Origin: Emiliania huxleyi CCMP1516
Lineage: Eukaryota
Direction: 5' to 3'
DNA: 64,000 nucleotides
NCBI RefSeq assembly: GCF_000372725.1
Contig: NW_005202428.1
Span: 1,101,331 to 1,165,330 of the forward strand
The position numbers and the translations under genes are program-made. Shown here one piece after another: positions 46,183 to 58,302 of this stretch. Within the stretch, counting starts at the first letter, position 1, and the number at the start of each line of letters is the position of its first letter. The notes beneath the pieces were generated by a model, which did no database searches, was not told the DNA's origin, and worked only from the letters and a program-made list of their open reading frames with translations.

Positions 46183-47598
46183 ATGCTGATCCCCTCTGCG
46201 GCAGGCTCGGCAAACCTGCGCCAGCGAGGAGCTGTCGCTTCCATCTTGCTTCTCTGCAGCCTCGTGACCATACTGCGACACGGCCGCGTCGCCGCGCCGA
46301 GAGTCATGGAGATGACAGAGTCGCAGTCGGCGATGGTCACACTGGCAGAGGCCGCGACAAAGGATGGTGCCACCAGGAACGTTATTGGGGCAGCGGGTTG
46401 GATCGCCAGCCAGGCTGAGGAGGAGGGAAAGCCGGCAGAGGAGGTGGCGGCGGTGTTTGAGACAGCTATTGACGCGGGCAAGGTTTTGATGGACAGAGCG
46501 AATGAGCTGTCGATGTTTTGGAAAGACAATAAGCTCCCCGTGGCGCAGGCGACCGCGGCGCGTGCCGCCGGCTCCGCGGTCATGGGATGCATGCCCCACG
46601 ACGAAGCGGTGGAGGCGGGTCTCGCGATGGCCAAGTTGGCCGAGGACTTCTTCAACATGCAGCAGAAGTTTGAGAAGGACATGGACGGAACGGGGGCGGC
46701 CCGCTTCCGCTCTAGTGCGATGACGGCTATCGCCGACCAGGTTGGCATCGACGCCCTGCGTCACGGCGCCGACACGGCCACTGCGGCACAGGCCGCGAAG
46801 GTTGCCGCCCTCGCGATTGCTCTGGCACAGATCAATGGTTACGACGAGATGGCGGCTGGCAATGCTGCGGGCGAGGCGGCTTACAGTGGCAGGGCCTCAA
46901 ATCACTCCACACTTCCAAACAAGGTTGCAAAGGAGGCGGGGCTCATGGCGTCGGCAGTGCTGGCGAAGTACAAGGACAGTATCCCCACGCCGGCTTGTAC
47001 TTGCGCGAACTACGCGGCGGCGGAGGCGGGGAAGCAAGCCGCGAGGGCACTGGCAGCGGGAGCGCCGCTCAGCAACCAGACCAAGAAAAACATGGTCGGC
47101 GTTGCCCTCTCCACGGCCAATCTGGTCGACAACCAGCCCTGTTCGTTGGTAGAGGAGAAGACAGTGTGCCATTCGGCATATACGGTGGCCCTCAGGCTAG
47201 CGGTATCCTTCGGACCATACCCCATGGAGGCAGACGCCTCGAGCCACCTTGCAGAGATGGGGGCCGTGGCGGCCGAGACAGTCAAGGCTCTTGCGGACAC
47301 TGCGCTCAGCCGTCCGAGCAAGGAGGCGGCAGGCATCGCCGCCGGCCTGGCCCGCGCGAAAAATGAGCCAGACGTCCAAGGCGAGGTGAACGCTGCGGCT
47401 GAACTCAAGGCGACCGAAATCAAGAACGAATGCGGTGGAACGGTGCAATCGCGAGGTGGCACGCTTGTGGAGCAGGCCAGCGCCTCAAAGTGCCTGGTGG
47501 ACAACCCGATTGTCCTCGTCGGCCGAGCAGGGGACTATGCCAGCTGGCCCTGCGTAGTGCCTCACCTCTCCCTACCGTTTGGCCTTGGCCGCCGGTAA
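46183..47598 (+). CDS. Intronless Ala-rich helical protein with N-terminal hydrophobic anchor, unknown function
   Basis: 471-aa ATG-started ORF with balanced composition. Confidence 0.65.
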   Translation: MLIPSAAGSANLRQRGAVASILLLCSLVTILRHGRVAAPRVMEMTESQSAMVTLAEAATKDGATRNVIGAAGWIASQAEEEGKPAEEVAAVFETAIDAGKVLMDRANELSMFWKDNKLPVAQATAARAAGSAVMGCMPHDEAVEAGLAMAKLAEDFFNMQQKFEKDMDGTGAARFRSSAMTAIADQVGIDALRHGADTATAAQAAKVAALAIALAQINGYDEMAAGNAAGEAAYSGRASNHSTLPNKVAKEAGLMASAVLAKYKDSIPTPACTCANYAAAEAGKQAARALAAGAPLSNQTKKNMVGVALSTANLVDNQPCSLVEEKTVCHSAYTVALRLAVSFGPYPMEADASSHLAEMGAVAAETVKALADTALSRPSKEAAGIAAGLARAKNEPDVQGEVNAAAELKATEIKNECGGTVQSRGGTLVEQASASKCLVDNPIVLVGRAGDYASWPCVVPHLSLPFGLGRR

Positions 47599-48591
47599 AA
47601 ACGAGATATGTGACGCTTCTAGCCAGTCGCAGTCGTGCGACGTAGCGGGGGGGCACGTCTACGTTTACGAAACATAAGTAGTCCCGCGGCGAGGTGTGAA
47701 TTTGGCCGCCCCAGGGTAGCCCCCTTCCCAATGGCTTGATTTTGCGGCGCGTCCCCACGGGAGCGTCCAAACTTTGGGCGCGAACCGTATCTCGCAACGA
47801 ATCTCGCCGGCCTCACCGGCCCTCTTTGCTTCGGTCTCGACTTGAGTGCCGCTCGACTGGCCGATGAAGAGCGACCCGTACGACGCGCACTTGTCGTCCT
47901 CCCTCCTCGCCACATGACGGCCGCCCCCCGACACCAACAGTCGCGCTCCGCACGCCTTCGAGGTCAGCTGCGGCCGAGCGACGATCGGCTTGTCTCCGAT
48001 CGCTGGGCGCGGTCACTCTCCGGCCATCACCCGCCTGCCGATCACCTGTCCGCCTCGCCGCGCGCGGGCCGCTCGCCTGCTCGCCACCGCCGCCGCGCGT
48101 CCCCGCGCCGCCACGCTTCCCTGCACCTGACCGCGCTCGAGCTGCGCAGGCAGACGGCGCGCTCTGACGGACAGAGCAGCGGCCGCCCAGGCGGTCGCTG
48201 CTCCGCCCCGTCCGAATCCGTCCGCCCGCGCGTGCTGCTGCCACCGCCGCCGCTCCACCCGGTGCCCGAGTGTCGTGAGAGTTGCATTGTGTATGTGTGT
48301 ATGTGTCGTATGTGTGTGTGGACTTATGTCACACTTTGACGGCCTCTCTATCTATATGTACTATGATTAGTAGACCGGTACTCGGGTTTGGATGGTAGCG
48401 GGGGGGGGCCGCCGGAGGCTGGTTACTGATCAGACATTGTGCGATACAAAAAAGAGACAAATTATAGAGTAGCTTCTTGTACGTACTTGTAGGAAGATTT
48501 GAAATGTCTCCGCGTACGCACGTGTTTGAATATACCTGTCCTGTACCCAGATGCACGGCATGAAGCGAGTGCAGAAAGCCGCCGCGTGCGG

Positions 48592-51500
48592 CTATAGTTT
48601 ATTCTTTTTGTTGAAGGAGCTCGCTCGGCTCATGGTTCGAGCTTGACTTCCACCATCTGAGCGACGAGGCAAGCTGCCGTTACGAACGACCCCGGGCGCA
48701 GCAGCAGGCATCGTCCCCGTCCCGGTGCTCGCACGAGGAGCTGGGGGGTCCGAAAACGTCCTTGGGGCAGTCGTTGTCGGTCTTGGGAAGGCTGTGCCGG
48801 GGCTGGCAGCATCAAGAGTGTCGGGAGGTTTGTATGTTGGAGGCGGTTGCATTGGGGGCAGCGAGGATGGTCGGCGTCTCATCTCACTGGCTTGCTCTTG
48901 GATCGGTGCCTTCTCCTTCTGCTCCTCTTGATCGGCGAGCTTTTTGAGCTCCATCTCCAGTTCCTCTTCGCTAATTTCGCGCGTGGCGGCGATGCCAACT
49001 TCGAGACAACCGGCGCCTTTGAGCAACCAGTCCAAGCATGGCACGGTGTGCTGGCACTCGTTGAGCGCGTTGAGGCTGCTGAGGAGGGAGATGGTGCCCG
49101 CCATAGCAAAAAGTCGTATCAGGAAGGTGCGGACGAATGGGACCCAGTTGTCATCCATCACCTATGATATGTGTCCGGGGCGCTCACGCACGCGTCATGG
49201 ACGTGACGCAGCTAGCTTTCAGTCCTTCACCTCGTCAAAGTAAAAGATGACAAAGGTGGTGGCGAAGTTGAGCTGGCCCATACAAAAGTTGAAGTATTTG
49301 AGGCCGTTGCACATGGTCGTGAATATGAAGAGCGCGTCCACGATCATGTTGAGGTACAGGATGCCGCAGTGGATGGGGAAGGTCTCGAGCGTCCGTTCGT
49401 GCGCCTTGAGCACGGAGATGATGACCCAAAAGTCGGCGATGTTGTAGCAGACGTACGCCATCAGGTTCATGAGGAAGGTGCCCGATGCGGTGCCGAGGTT
49501 CAGGCAGCACAGGCACGGCAAGAGGACATTGATCGGCGGGAAGCACTCGCAGGCGCCGCCGATGATGGCAAACACCCCGCCAAAGATGGCCGCAATCGCA
49601 GCGAGGCCCAGAGAGCTGTTCCATCCCATGTGTACGAGCCTCTCGCCCTGAAAGGGTACCATTCCGCCTGCAGCGTCGCTGATCGTGTCCTGGAACATCT
49701 CGAGGTACATGTAGGGGACGACGAGCGAGATGATCCCGATGCCCAGGCCCATGTTTGTCCAGCTGACAAAGCGGGTGGTCAGCCACGGCGGCAAGCACTC
49801 GCCCGCCAGGAGCCCGCACGACGCGATGAGGGACTCGCGGCGCGCGACGACCGAGTGGATGCCATGGAGGATCAAGATGGCGCAGAAGAACGCGTAGAAG
49901 AAGAGGAGGTTGAGCTTGAGAGTCGCAACTGCCCAGTCGAGGCCGGAGTACGACATGCAGACGCCGGCGGCGAAGAAGGCCGAGTTGGCGAGGACCAGGA
50001 AGAGCAGCTTGAGCATCTGAGGAATTATCTCAAGCGCGATCATGCAAAAGACTATGTAACAGTTTATGCAGTAGAAGATGGTCAGGTTCCACTGTTCGTC
50101 CATGCTCACGTCGGCCAGCGTGGCGTAGCAAGCCCACCAGAAAATGAAAGCACAGCAGAACGCGAATATCCCCATGGTGAACTCCATCCCGCCATACTGG
50201 CAGAAGGGGAGCTGCGGCATGCGCGTCATCATCACGAGGCCGGACGTTAGCGCAAAAAGTGATCCAAGCATGACGAGTGCCCCTAGCCGGAAGGATCATA
50301 ACGCTGTTAGCGAGGTGCTGCAAGACCATGAGAAAATTTCTACACCGCACGCACCCTCGATGATGGCAATCTTTGCCTTCTTGTCGGTCTCGGGCCCAAG
50401 CTTGAGCAAGCTGATCAAGCCTGCCAAGCGCGCCGGGGCGCGCGTGTTAGGCGCCGCGTTGGTGTTTTTGTGGGCTGGGGGGGGGGGGGGGTTCGCACCC
50501 CAAGTGTGGGTCGCCGCGCTTGTCGCCGCGGCGGTGTTGACCTCCCAATCGATGATGTCTCCCGGTTCTGGATCTACGCCTGCCGCCTCGTACACCTTTT
50601 CAGTGAAGTCGATCCGTGCCTCCACCGAGAGGCCCTCCAAGTAGTTCTTGTAGTCGTCCCAAGAGCTGCCGAGCTCGTTGATGTCCTGGGCCAGCTGTGT
50701 GGCGGAATAAACCGCGCCAACCTAGCGGGGGGGGGGGGGGGGGGGGGTCAGCCGAGGGATGCGTGGCTGTGTGAGCAGCTTGGGTGTGCGTGTGTGCCGA
50801 ATCCATCCGCAGTGGACTAGCGCGCGAGAGAGTGCATTCCAAGCAGAGCTGCCAGGGCGCTTTGGCCGCACCGGCGCGAAAGTCGCGAGCTGTTGCAAGC
50901 CAACGCCGTACACGAGCGTACCGAAGCCAAGGATTCCGGTCAACCACGCAAGCACAATGACGGTCGCCTGGTGCGAACGGAACTGTGTGCGACGAAGATG
51001 GCGGTGGGCATATGCCCAAGCCAGCTAGCTATTCCTGCAAGCCCTCTGCAAAGAAGGTCGGCACGTACACGCCGGTCGCCTTCTTGAGAATGCCGCAGCA
51101 GACTGTTTCGCTCGTCCCACATATGCCCTTACTGGCGCAGCAATTCCACGCCGTGCACCCGTCGCACCTGCAGGACACCAACACAGCAACCGTCTCGCTG
51201 CTGCAGCTCGCACTCCGCCCGTATGCTGCGCCCAGAGGCTATGGCCGAGAGAGAAAGTGCGGTCGATACTTAGTGCCGAGGGGTTGCGTGGCATCTAGGT
51301 GGCATGCCCAGTCCCGAGACCGCATTCACCCACCTGAGAAGGGACAGTCGCCGGCTCACCGCTGGACTCAGCGCGTCGGACAAGGGCCGCTGCAACTCCG
51401 TCGCGCTTCATGAGATGGGAGTGCGTGCGTGCGTGCCATCTCATGCTCCTTCGAGGGTAGCTACATCTCGCATTCCTGGCCATTGGTGGAGCAAAGAGAA

Positions 51501-51897
51501 GGGCCGCAGCCTGGCCAGTGTCTCCGCAGGTCGTCACCGAGTTGGGGAGTGGGAGATCACATCACGCGAGCGTTCGCATCTAGGTTCAGACCATGCAGTG
51601 CGGGTCCCACCCGCACGTCTTCTCGCAGCAGTTCTCCTCGTAACCCTCCTCGGTGACGTATGTGTGCTTGTCGGCCCGATTATGCTGCGAACGCCCCGCC
51701 TCGGTCATCATCTTTGCGTACTCCTCCCTCTGCTTTGTGCGAGCCGCCTCGGCTAGCTTTGCCAGCTCTTTCTGCTCTTTCTCCAGCCTCGCCTGGCTGG
51801 CCTGCGCTTTGGCAGCGGACAGCGGCACGGATGGGGGCTTTGGGGGGGGCTTCGCTGTGCCGACAGCCCCGTTCGAGCCTCTTTGCATCGTCGCCAT
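48592..51897 (-). CDS. Large multi-exon, multi-pass membrane protein of unknown family, with one in-frame TGA
   Basis: ORFs 51586-51897, 50872-50968, 50721-49232 and 49161-48592 can be joined by plausible introns; many TM segments; TGA at 50296-50298. Confidence 0.6.
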
Positions 51898-52709
51898 GCA
51901 GAGCAACCCAGCCGTCGGCCCGCGAAGTCGGCGACGAGTTTTGTCAGTAATAGAGGCAATCTCTTAATTGCGTCATCCCGTCCGTGAGGAAAGCGAAATC
52001 GGAGATTGAATTTCGCCACATCGGCTCGTGAAAAGCACGCACACTTCCCGGGTTGACCCGCATTGCCTTCCTTCGATCTTATTATTTTCTCTAGAGATTG
52101 CACACAGAGGACAGAGGTCCTCAGAGCGGAGTACTGTCTCACACCGTTATGTGTGTAATGCGGAGATGAAGTAACAAGATTTCAAAGGAGCGCTGCGCTG
52201 CCCTAATCAAGGCGGGCACAGGCCACTAACACACACCCTCTAACGCATCGCACTACCGACCGAGATGCGCCCCCGGCTCTACAGAAGACAGAAGAGCGGG
52301 ACAGCCAGAGCAAAGACAGCCGACTGACTGGGACAGCACGCGCGTGCGAAACAGAGGAGCACGGCGCGACAATCATGCGCGACGTCCGCAGACCCCACAC
52401 CGGGCAACGACATACAGCATCACGCGAAACGCGCTGCGCAGAGTAGCAACACTCAGGGAGCATGTCACAGGGCATTGGCGCAGTACTAACCACCCTGGAG
52501 AGTAAAGGACATGCAGAAGACCGGCCGGCGACAAGCAGGCAATGTAAACAGCGGCGGTAACCATGCCGCCGATAGGGTGAGGGGTGCCGCCGCAGACGAG
52601 GGGAGCAGCCGCAAGCGGCATGGGGGCGGCGGCACCCTCGCACACGCGTTAATGGGAGAAGTGAAGATACGAGCAGGGGGAGGGCAAAGATGAGCGTCGC
52701 ACCCACGAC

Positions 52710-53084
52710 GACGCAGTTCAGCAGGCTGTGATGCAATACGGCTATGACGACGAGCTCTTCCAGGCGTGGAGGGACGGCGAGATACGGCGAAAGGACTTGC
52801 CGGAGGAGGTGGTGGCTATGGCTTTGGACCTTTGCGAGAGGTGGCGAGCGGAGCAAGAGCGGTGTAGGCGCGTCCACGCGGCGCAGCGGCTCTCCCGCGA
52901 CCCCGGCCCCTCTCGTAGCCGCAGCCGTAGCCGCAGCCCCAACTCTTGCCGCTCTTCCGTGCCGGGTTGTGACGAGGGGTGAGGGGACACGGATTGAAGA
53001 TCCCTCACACCAAGATCGTGCAGGGCGGGGACACATGTCCCTAAATCCCATCTCGTCTCAGAGTTTGACCGTTTTATTTATTTA
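52710..53084 (+). mobile_element. Retroposon family C copy
   Basis: Near-identical to 32741-33109; ends GTTTTATTTATTTA. Confidence 0.8.
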
Positions 53085-53661
53085 CCTCCTATCCAAAAAG
53101 TTATTTAGTACCACCCCCCTACCGCCGCCCAGTACGTGCTCCGCAGCTGAGCCCACGCACCCCACAGCAGCTCAGGGACACAATGAGCTCGCATACAAGT
53201 GCTGGTACGCACAGCTCGACGCGTACTCGAATGCTGCCACTGTCATTCTAGCCGGCGAGCGGCGGCGTCACAGCGTCGACTCTCGCATCGCGATGAGACG
53301 CACTGCTTGCCCAGACGCGCGCCTTGGCGCGCTCCTGTGGTGCAGGAGGAAGGCCAGCGGTCGTGCTGCGCAGGTCCGGCCGTCTGGCTGAAGGGAGCAG
53401 CAGCTGGCGCTCAACAGCAGCGCTGGCGAGCAGCGCAGCCACACCACACTCCCGCCAAGACACGTGTCATTTCGCGCCAAGATTTGGCGCCAAAATGGCA
53501 CTTTAGTGTCCACCTAGCCACGTGGTCGCGGCCTGAAGCTCCAAGCTTCTGGGACTGAGGTGCACACATCGAGGACTCCATTTGTGTGCGGGCGGCACCC
53601 TTCCGATCGTTCGCCGATATCCGAAACCGGGGTCGTACTAAATAACTTTTTGGATAGGAGG
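53085..53661. mobile_element. Non-autonomous Tc1/mariner-like element (MITE)
   Basis: TIR CCTCCTATCCAAAAAGTTATTTAGTAC.ACCCC, flanked by TA on both sides. Confidence 0.8.
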
Positions 53662-53682
53662 TAGAGGCTCTACAGCCAAACC

Positions 53683-53796
53683 TAGGGTGGGCGACGGATA
53701 GCGCACCACACACCTCTCCTTAAAATCCCTGTGTGGTGGCGGCGTGCCGTCCTCCCATCCCTCCCTTGGGTTGTGTGTTTTCTTTCTTTCTTTTTT
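53683..53796 (+). mobile_element. Retroposon family A, 5'-truncated
   Basis: TSD TACAGCCAAACC at 53671-53682 and 53797-53808. Confidence 0.88.
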
Positions 53797-55721
53797 TACA
53801 GCCAAACCGCCGGCAAGGCAGTGACTCAAAGAGGTCGAGCCGCGCTAAAATGGGGTGTCTCCGAGCTTTAGTGGAGCTCTGATGGACGGCCCTGACTATC
53901 CCTGACACACAGAGAGTCACTCTGACGGCACACCAACACCCTATCCAACTGCGTCATGACCAGCCTGCCGTGCGTCGCCGGTGCCGCATTCATCGCTGTG
54001 CTTCTTTAGCAGGCGGGGTGGACTGTCGACATCCTCCCTGTCGCCCCCCCCCAGCACTCCAAGGTGCCAAGAGAACAAACAGGGCACAACAAACAACAGA
54101 CAAAACAGGAAGTGACATGTGAGGCTAGAGCAGCTTGCTCCTCCTCTAGCAATCTCGCCGGCCGGCGAGGCACGGACGAGACTGTGTGTGGGGTCTCTAG
54201 TGAGGTGTCTATGGACGCCCTCCTCAGAGGCTAGCTGCCTACTGCTAGCCCTATCTCGCACTCACGGGCAGTGACAATTCAATGGGTGAGTGTTTGCGAG
54301 CAGAGGTGCGTGGACTAAATCTAGGCCGCACGTCGTGGCACTATGACGAGGTTAGACGTGCGGCCGCAGCGCGCCCGCCGCAGGCTCGGCGGTGCGCGCG
54401 TGGTAGCGAGAAAGTTGCGGGTGGAGCCATGCCCGACTTTTCGAAGGTGAGGCCTCTGCGACGAGTGCCAGCCGCGCTGCGGAGCCACGGTGCCACGCCC
54501 TTCGAGCCGCGTCCCGTCGGCACTGTCCCTGAGTGTGTCCCGCCTTGGCGGCACACACTCTCGACGAGGACAGTCCGGCCTACGGGAACGTGTCGCGCGC
54601 CGGCGACGGTTGCGGCTTGGTGGCTCGAGTACGAAGCGAAGATGGCACGACCACCGCCCTGTATCGCAGACCGGGCAAGGAGGGGCCTGCTCCCGTTCCG
54701 CGAGGAACAGAAGGTCTCCCCCCCTCCCCCGGCCTGAGCAGCGACGGGTGGACGGCAGCCCCTTGAGTCGAGGGCGGCGCGACCATTGCTCTGCTCCAAA
54801 GACCAGAGGCCGAGGTCAGTGCAGATGGTCTCGCCGCCCCGCTCCACGCCGCCCGCCGCCGCGCCGCGCCGCCGCCCGATGATTATTAATTCATTATTAA
54901 TTAATTAATAAGTAATTATACCACCCACCGCCGCGCCGCCCCGCCCTGCGTCGCCCGCTGCCTCGCCGCGCCGCCGCCTCGCGCCGCCCGCCGCCGCGCC
55001 GCGCCGCCGCCCGATGAGTAATAATTAATAATTAATACTCGATCATTAATAATGTGTGTGTTTGTTTGTGTGTGTCTGTGTTTGCGCGATGGCAGGGAAG
55101 GGCAGGGCAGCCGCGAGCGGCAAGTGGCGTCGGCGACGCGGCGAGGACACGATGGTGAAGCCCACAGCGCAGCGTGCGCGGCAGCAGCCCCGCCGGCGGC
55201 CCCACGCCGCATATCAGCGGCGCTCTGATTGAGTCAGGCTGCACTGCACAGCCTGCTGAGCACGCTCCCGACGAGCGGCGCGCCCCGCGGGCCCGCCGCA
55301 GGCGACGCGGGCGGCGAGCCGGCGCGTGTGTCGTAGGCGTAGGCAGCGCTGGCGAAGCGAGGCGGCCGGCGCCGGCCACCGGAGGCGGTTGCAGCGAGAG
55401 AAGCGAGGCAGAAGATGCTGTTGAAAGGGTGGGGAGCAGCCTGCCGTCGAGCGGCGCGCCGCGCAAGCCCGCTGCCGTGGCCGCAGACATGGAAGACAAG
55501 CTTCCTGGCGTCTATGCCAAGCGCTCACAAGCCAAAAGGCACCTCGCAGCGCGCGACACGTGACCGAAGCGGCACGCCTCGGCGCCGCGAGAGCAGCCGG
55601 TCCACGTCGGCATCAAGCGCGCGGCCGCCGGGCCCCTCCGAACCGACAGGGGCGCCGCGGCAGTAGAGAGCACTCCAGCCGTCACAGGAGCCTTCGCCAA
55701 CTAAAAAACAAAAGCACCGAT

Positions 55722-56375
55722 GCCGACTTAGTGTGGGGAGGGTCGGTGAGCACTCACTCACTAGGCGGCGCCGCAGGGCTGGGGCACTGGCCACGGCCTC
55801 GCCGACCACTAGAAGGCGGCCCACCCACTACGCGCACTATCTTAGTGCGCGGGGTGGCAGGAGGCACTCACCCACTAGCCCGCTCGCCGGCGGCCCACTC
55901 ACTACGCGCACTATCTTAGTGCGCGGGGTGGCAGGAGGCACTCACCCACTAGCCCGCTCGCCGGCGGCCCACTCACTACGCGCACTAACTTAGTGCGCGT
56001 GGTAGCCGAGCCCACCTCTCCGTCCGCCGGCGAAGGGCACTGCGAGCGGCCCGCTGGACCACTCCCCCCCGGCCGGCCGGAGGCACTCACTTCCGCACAC
56101 TAAGTTAGTGCGCGTAGTAGCCGAGCCCGCCTCCGTCCGCCGGCGAAGGGCACTACGAGTGGCCCGCCGGACCACTCCCCTCGCGGCCGGCCGGAGGCAC
56201 TCACTTCCGCACACTAAGTTAGTGCGCGTAGTGTCCCGGCCTCCGACCACGACTCCCGGGGGAGCACTTCACCACTTGATCCGCCACGGCGCACCACTAG
56301 CCCTCGTCCAGCTCACAGACTAACTTGCGCCGACTTAGTTCCCCGCAGGGCCCGGGACCACTCACTCACTGCGGC
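55722..56375. repeat. Compound tandem repeat with palindromic GCGCACTA.CTTAGTGCGC units
   Basis: About 74-bp unit x2 and about 114-bp unit x2; GCCGACTTAGT near both ends. Confidence 0.8.
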
Positions 56376-56536
56376 ATCAGTGCTCTTCACACGACCTGGC
56401 GAAGGCTCCTGGCCGTCATACCGTTTTTCTGTGCGGGTAGAGATGATAGGTATTTCACGTAAAAGAAAGAAGAAAGTGGGGATCCCTTGACGCGCCAGCA
56501 ACCAACACGATCTTCTCGCTCTCCGAAGGCCACACG

Positions 56537-57695
56537 ATGAGCCGGTCCATGCGCCTCGCCATCCGACCCTTCGGCGTCCTCGGCACGCGGCTCACGGCGA
56601 TCGGTGCCGTGAAGAAGGTCGGGCAGGCTCCGGTCCCCGGCTTTCCAATCGTCGACCCGGCTGGGCTCCCCTTCATCCGGAACGGGCCGAGAGGCGCCAG
56701 TGGCGCATCGGGCGAGATCTACCGCTGGCTGGGAATCGCGGACGAGGAGAGCTTCCCCACGCCGGTGCGCGAGGCGATCACAGCGCCACTGCAAGCAGCG
56801 CTGCAGTACTATGGGCTGCACGGCTGCATCCACGTCGCCGGCCCGGACTTCAACGGCCGCGGCTGCTCGCGGGAGGAGGCGCTCGGCGAGCTAACGGCGG
56901 CGTACGGCGCCGTTCTCCGCACCTTCGCCGGCGCGCGGCTGGGTGGGCTGAGGCTGCTGCCCATCAGCGGTGCGTGTTGCAGCCTTGGTGCACCGCTGCC
57001 GCTGCAGCACCGATCCCCACCCACACACGCTCGAAATGTCCGTGCAGGCGGTCTCTTTGCCGGGCCGTTCGCGCCGGAACTGCCCGACCTGACGTGCGTG
57101 AGAGACATTTCCGAGACGCTGCCTTGACGCGACACGTGTACCCAGCCATCCTAATAGAGCGCCTCCTCAGTACCCCCCGCAGCGTCGCCGCCGTCGCCGC
57201 CGCCGCCTCCGTCACCACCACCACCGCCGTCACCCTCGCCGTCACCCCCGCCGCCGTCGCCGCTTCCACACCCTCTCTCACCGCCAATCGGCATCCGCTA
57301 CCGTCACCAGCCCCTCCTCCGCCTCTTTCTTTCTCTCTCAGATGCGCCGCGCTGCGGGGAGCCTTTGACGCCTTGCCTGACCCGGTGTGTGCTCACCCAC
57401 GCGCACCGGGCCTTGCACTAATGCCCTGCCAAGCTCCTGCCTAACTTGGGTGGGGAGATCGCCTGGCCCACCTTGTGCGCGTGGAGACGTCTCGCATTGC
57501 CGTGCCTCGTGCCTGCCCGACCAGGCGCAGCACACGGTCTCCGTGTCGCGGCTCGAGATGTGCATCTTCGCGGAGAGCGAGTACGAGGCCTACGCCGCGG
57601 CCTTTGAGGGGGAGACGCGCCGGTCGCAGCAGTTCGCAGACTCGCTGGGCATGGGCAGCACTCCGGTTCAGCCGTGGCAGACGGGCCGCGAATAA
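56537..57695 (+). CDS. Macro-domain (ADP-ribose-binding/processing) protein, 4 exons
   Basis: IVDPAG, GASGASGEIY, CIHVAGPDF, LTAAYGAVL, LRLLPISG/GLFAG and EMCIF. Confidence 0.75.
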
Positions 57696-58302
57696 ATGTA
57701 AAACAGGTCATGATAGCGATACAGGAATACCATTTTAACATATATTTCGAAACCCGCCCGGCTGGGTGTCAGTCGTCGTGGTCCGCACAGCGAAACGCAT
57801 TGCGACTCCACTCCACACCGCTTCCGCTGTGCGTGGGCGCTGGGCAGGGGCCAGGGCTTCAGCGCGTTCAGGGAAGCAGCCCTGCAGAGACGCACAGCGC
57901 ACACGTACAAGCAAGGGTATACAAACAAAAGGGTTTTGCGGACATCTCGTTCCTTTCGTGCCCAGTCTTTCCCAAGCCAGAACGCCCTGTCTGGTGCCGG
58001 GCGTTCCGGGGATGCCCTGCGCGCGGATCTCGTGGCTCTACTCACGCCGATTGCACCCCGCCATCCCGACAAAGGCAGGGCTCGCGCGGGAGCACGGGAA
58101 GAGGTGCGGGTGCTTCATGCCGCATGAGACGCCCTCATCGCCAGAGCGCAATGGCTCGCACTCGGATTGGCGCAGCCAGACGAGCTCGTGCCGCCGCTCT
58201 CCCTTGTAGTAGTCGCGATTGTCGACGACCTGGAGCGTAAGCTAAAAGTACGTACAACTCGGCCCGGCCGTACAATGATTGGCCCCAGAGCTGCTCTCGA
58301 AA

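Noticed and set aside
55820..56235. CRISPR-like repeat-spacer array
   Set aside because: Spacers are duplicates of each other, unit lengths vary, no cas genes are present and the context is eukaryotic
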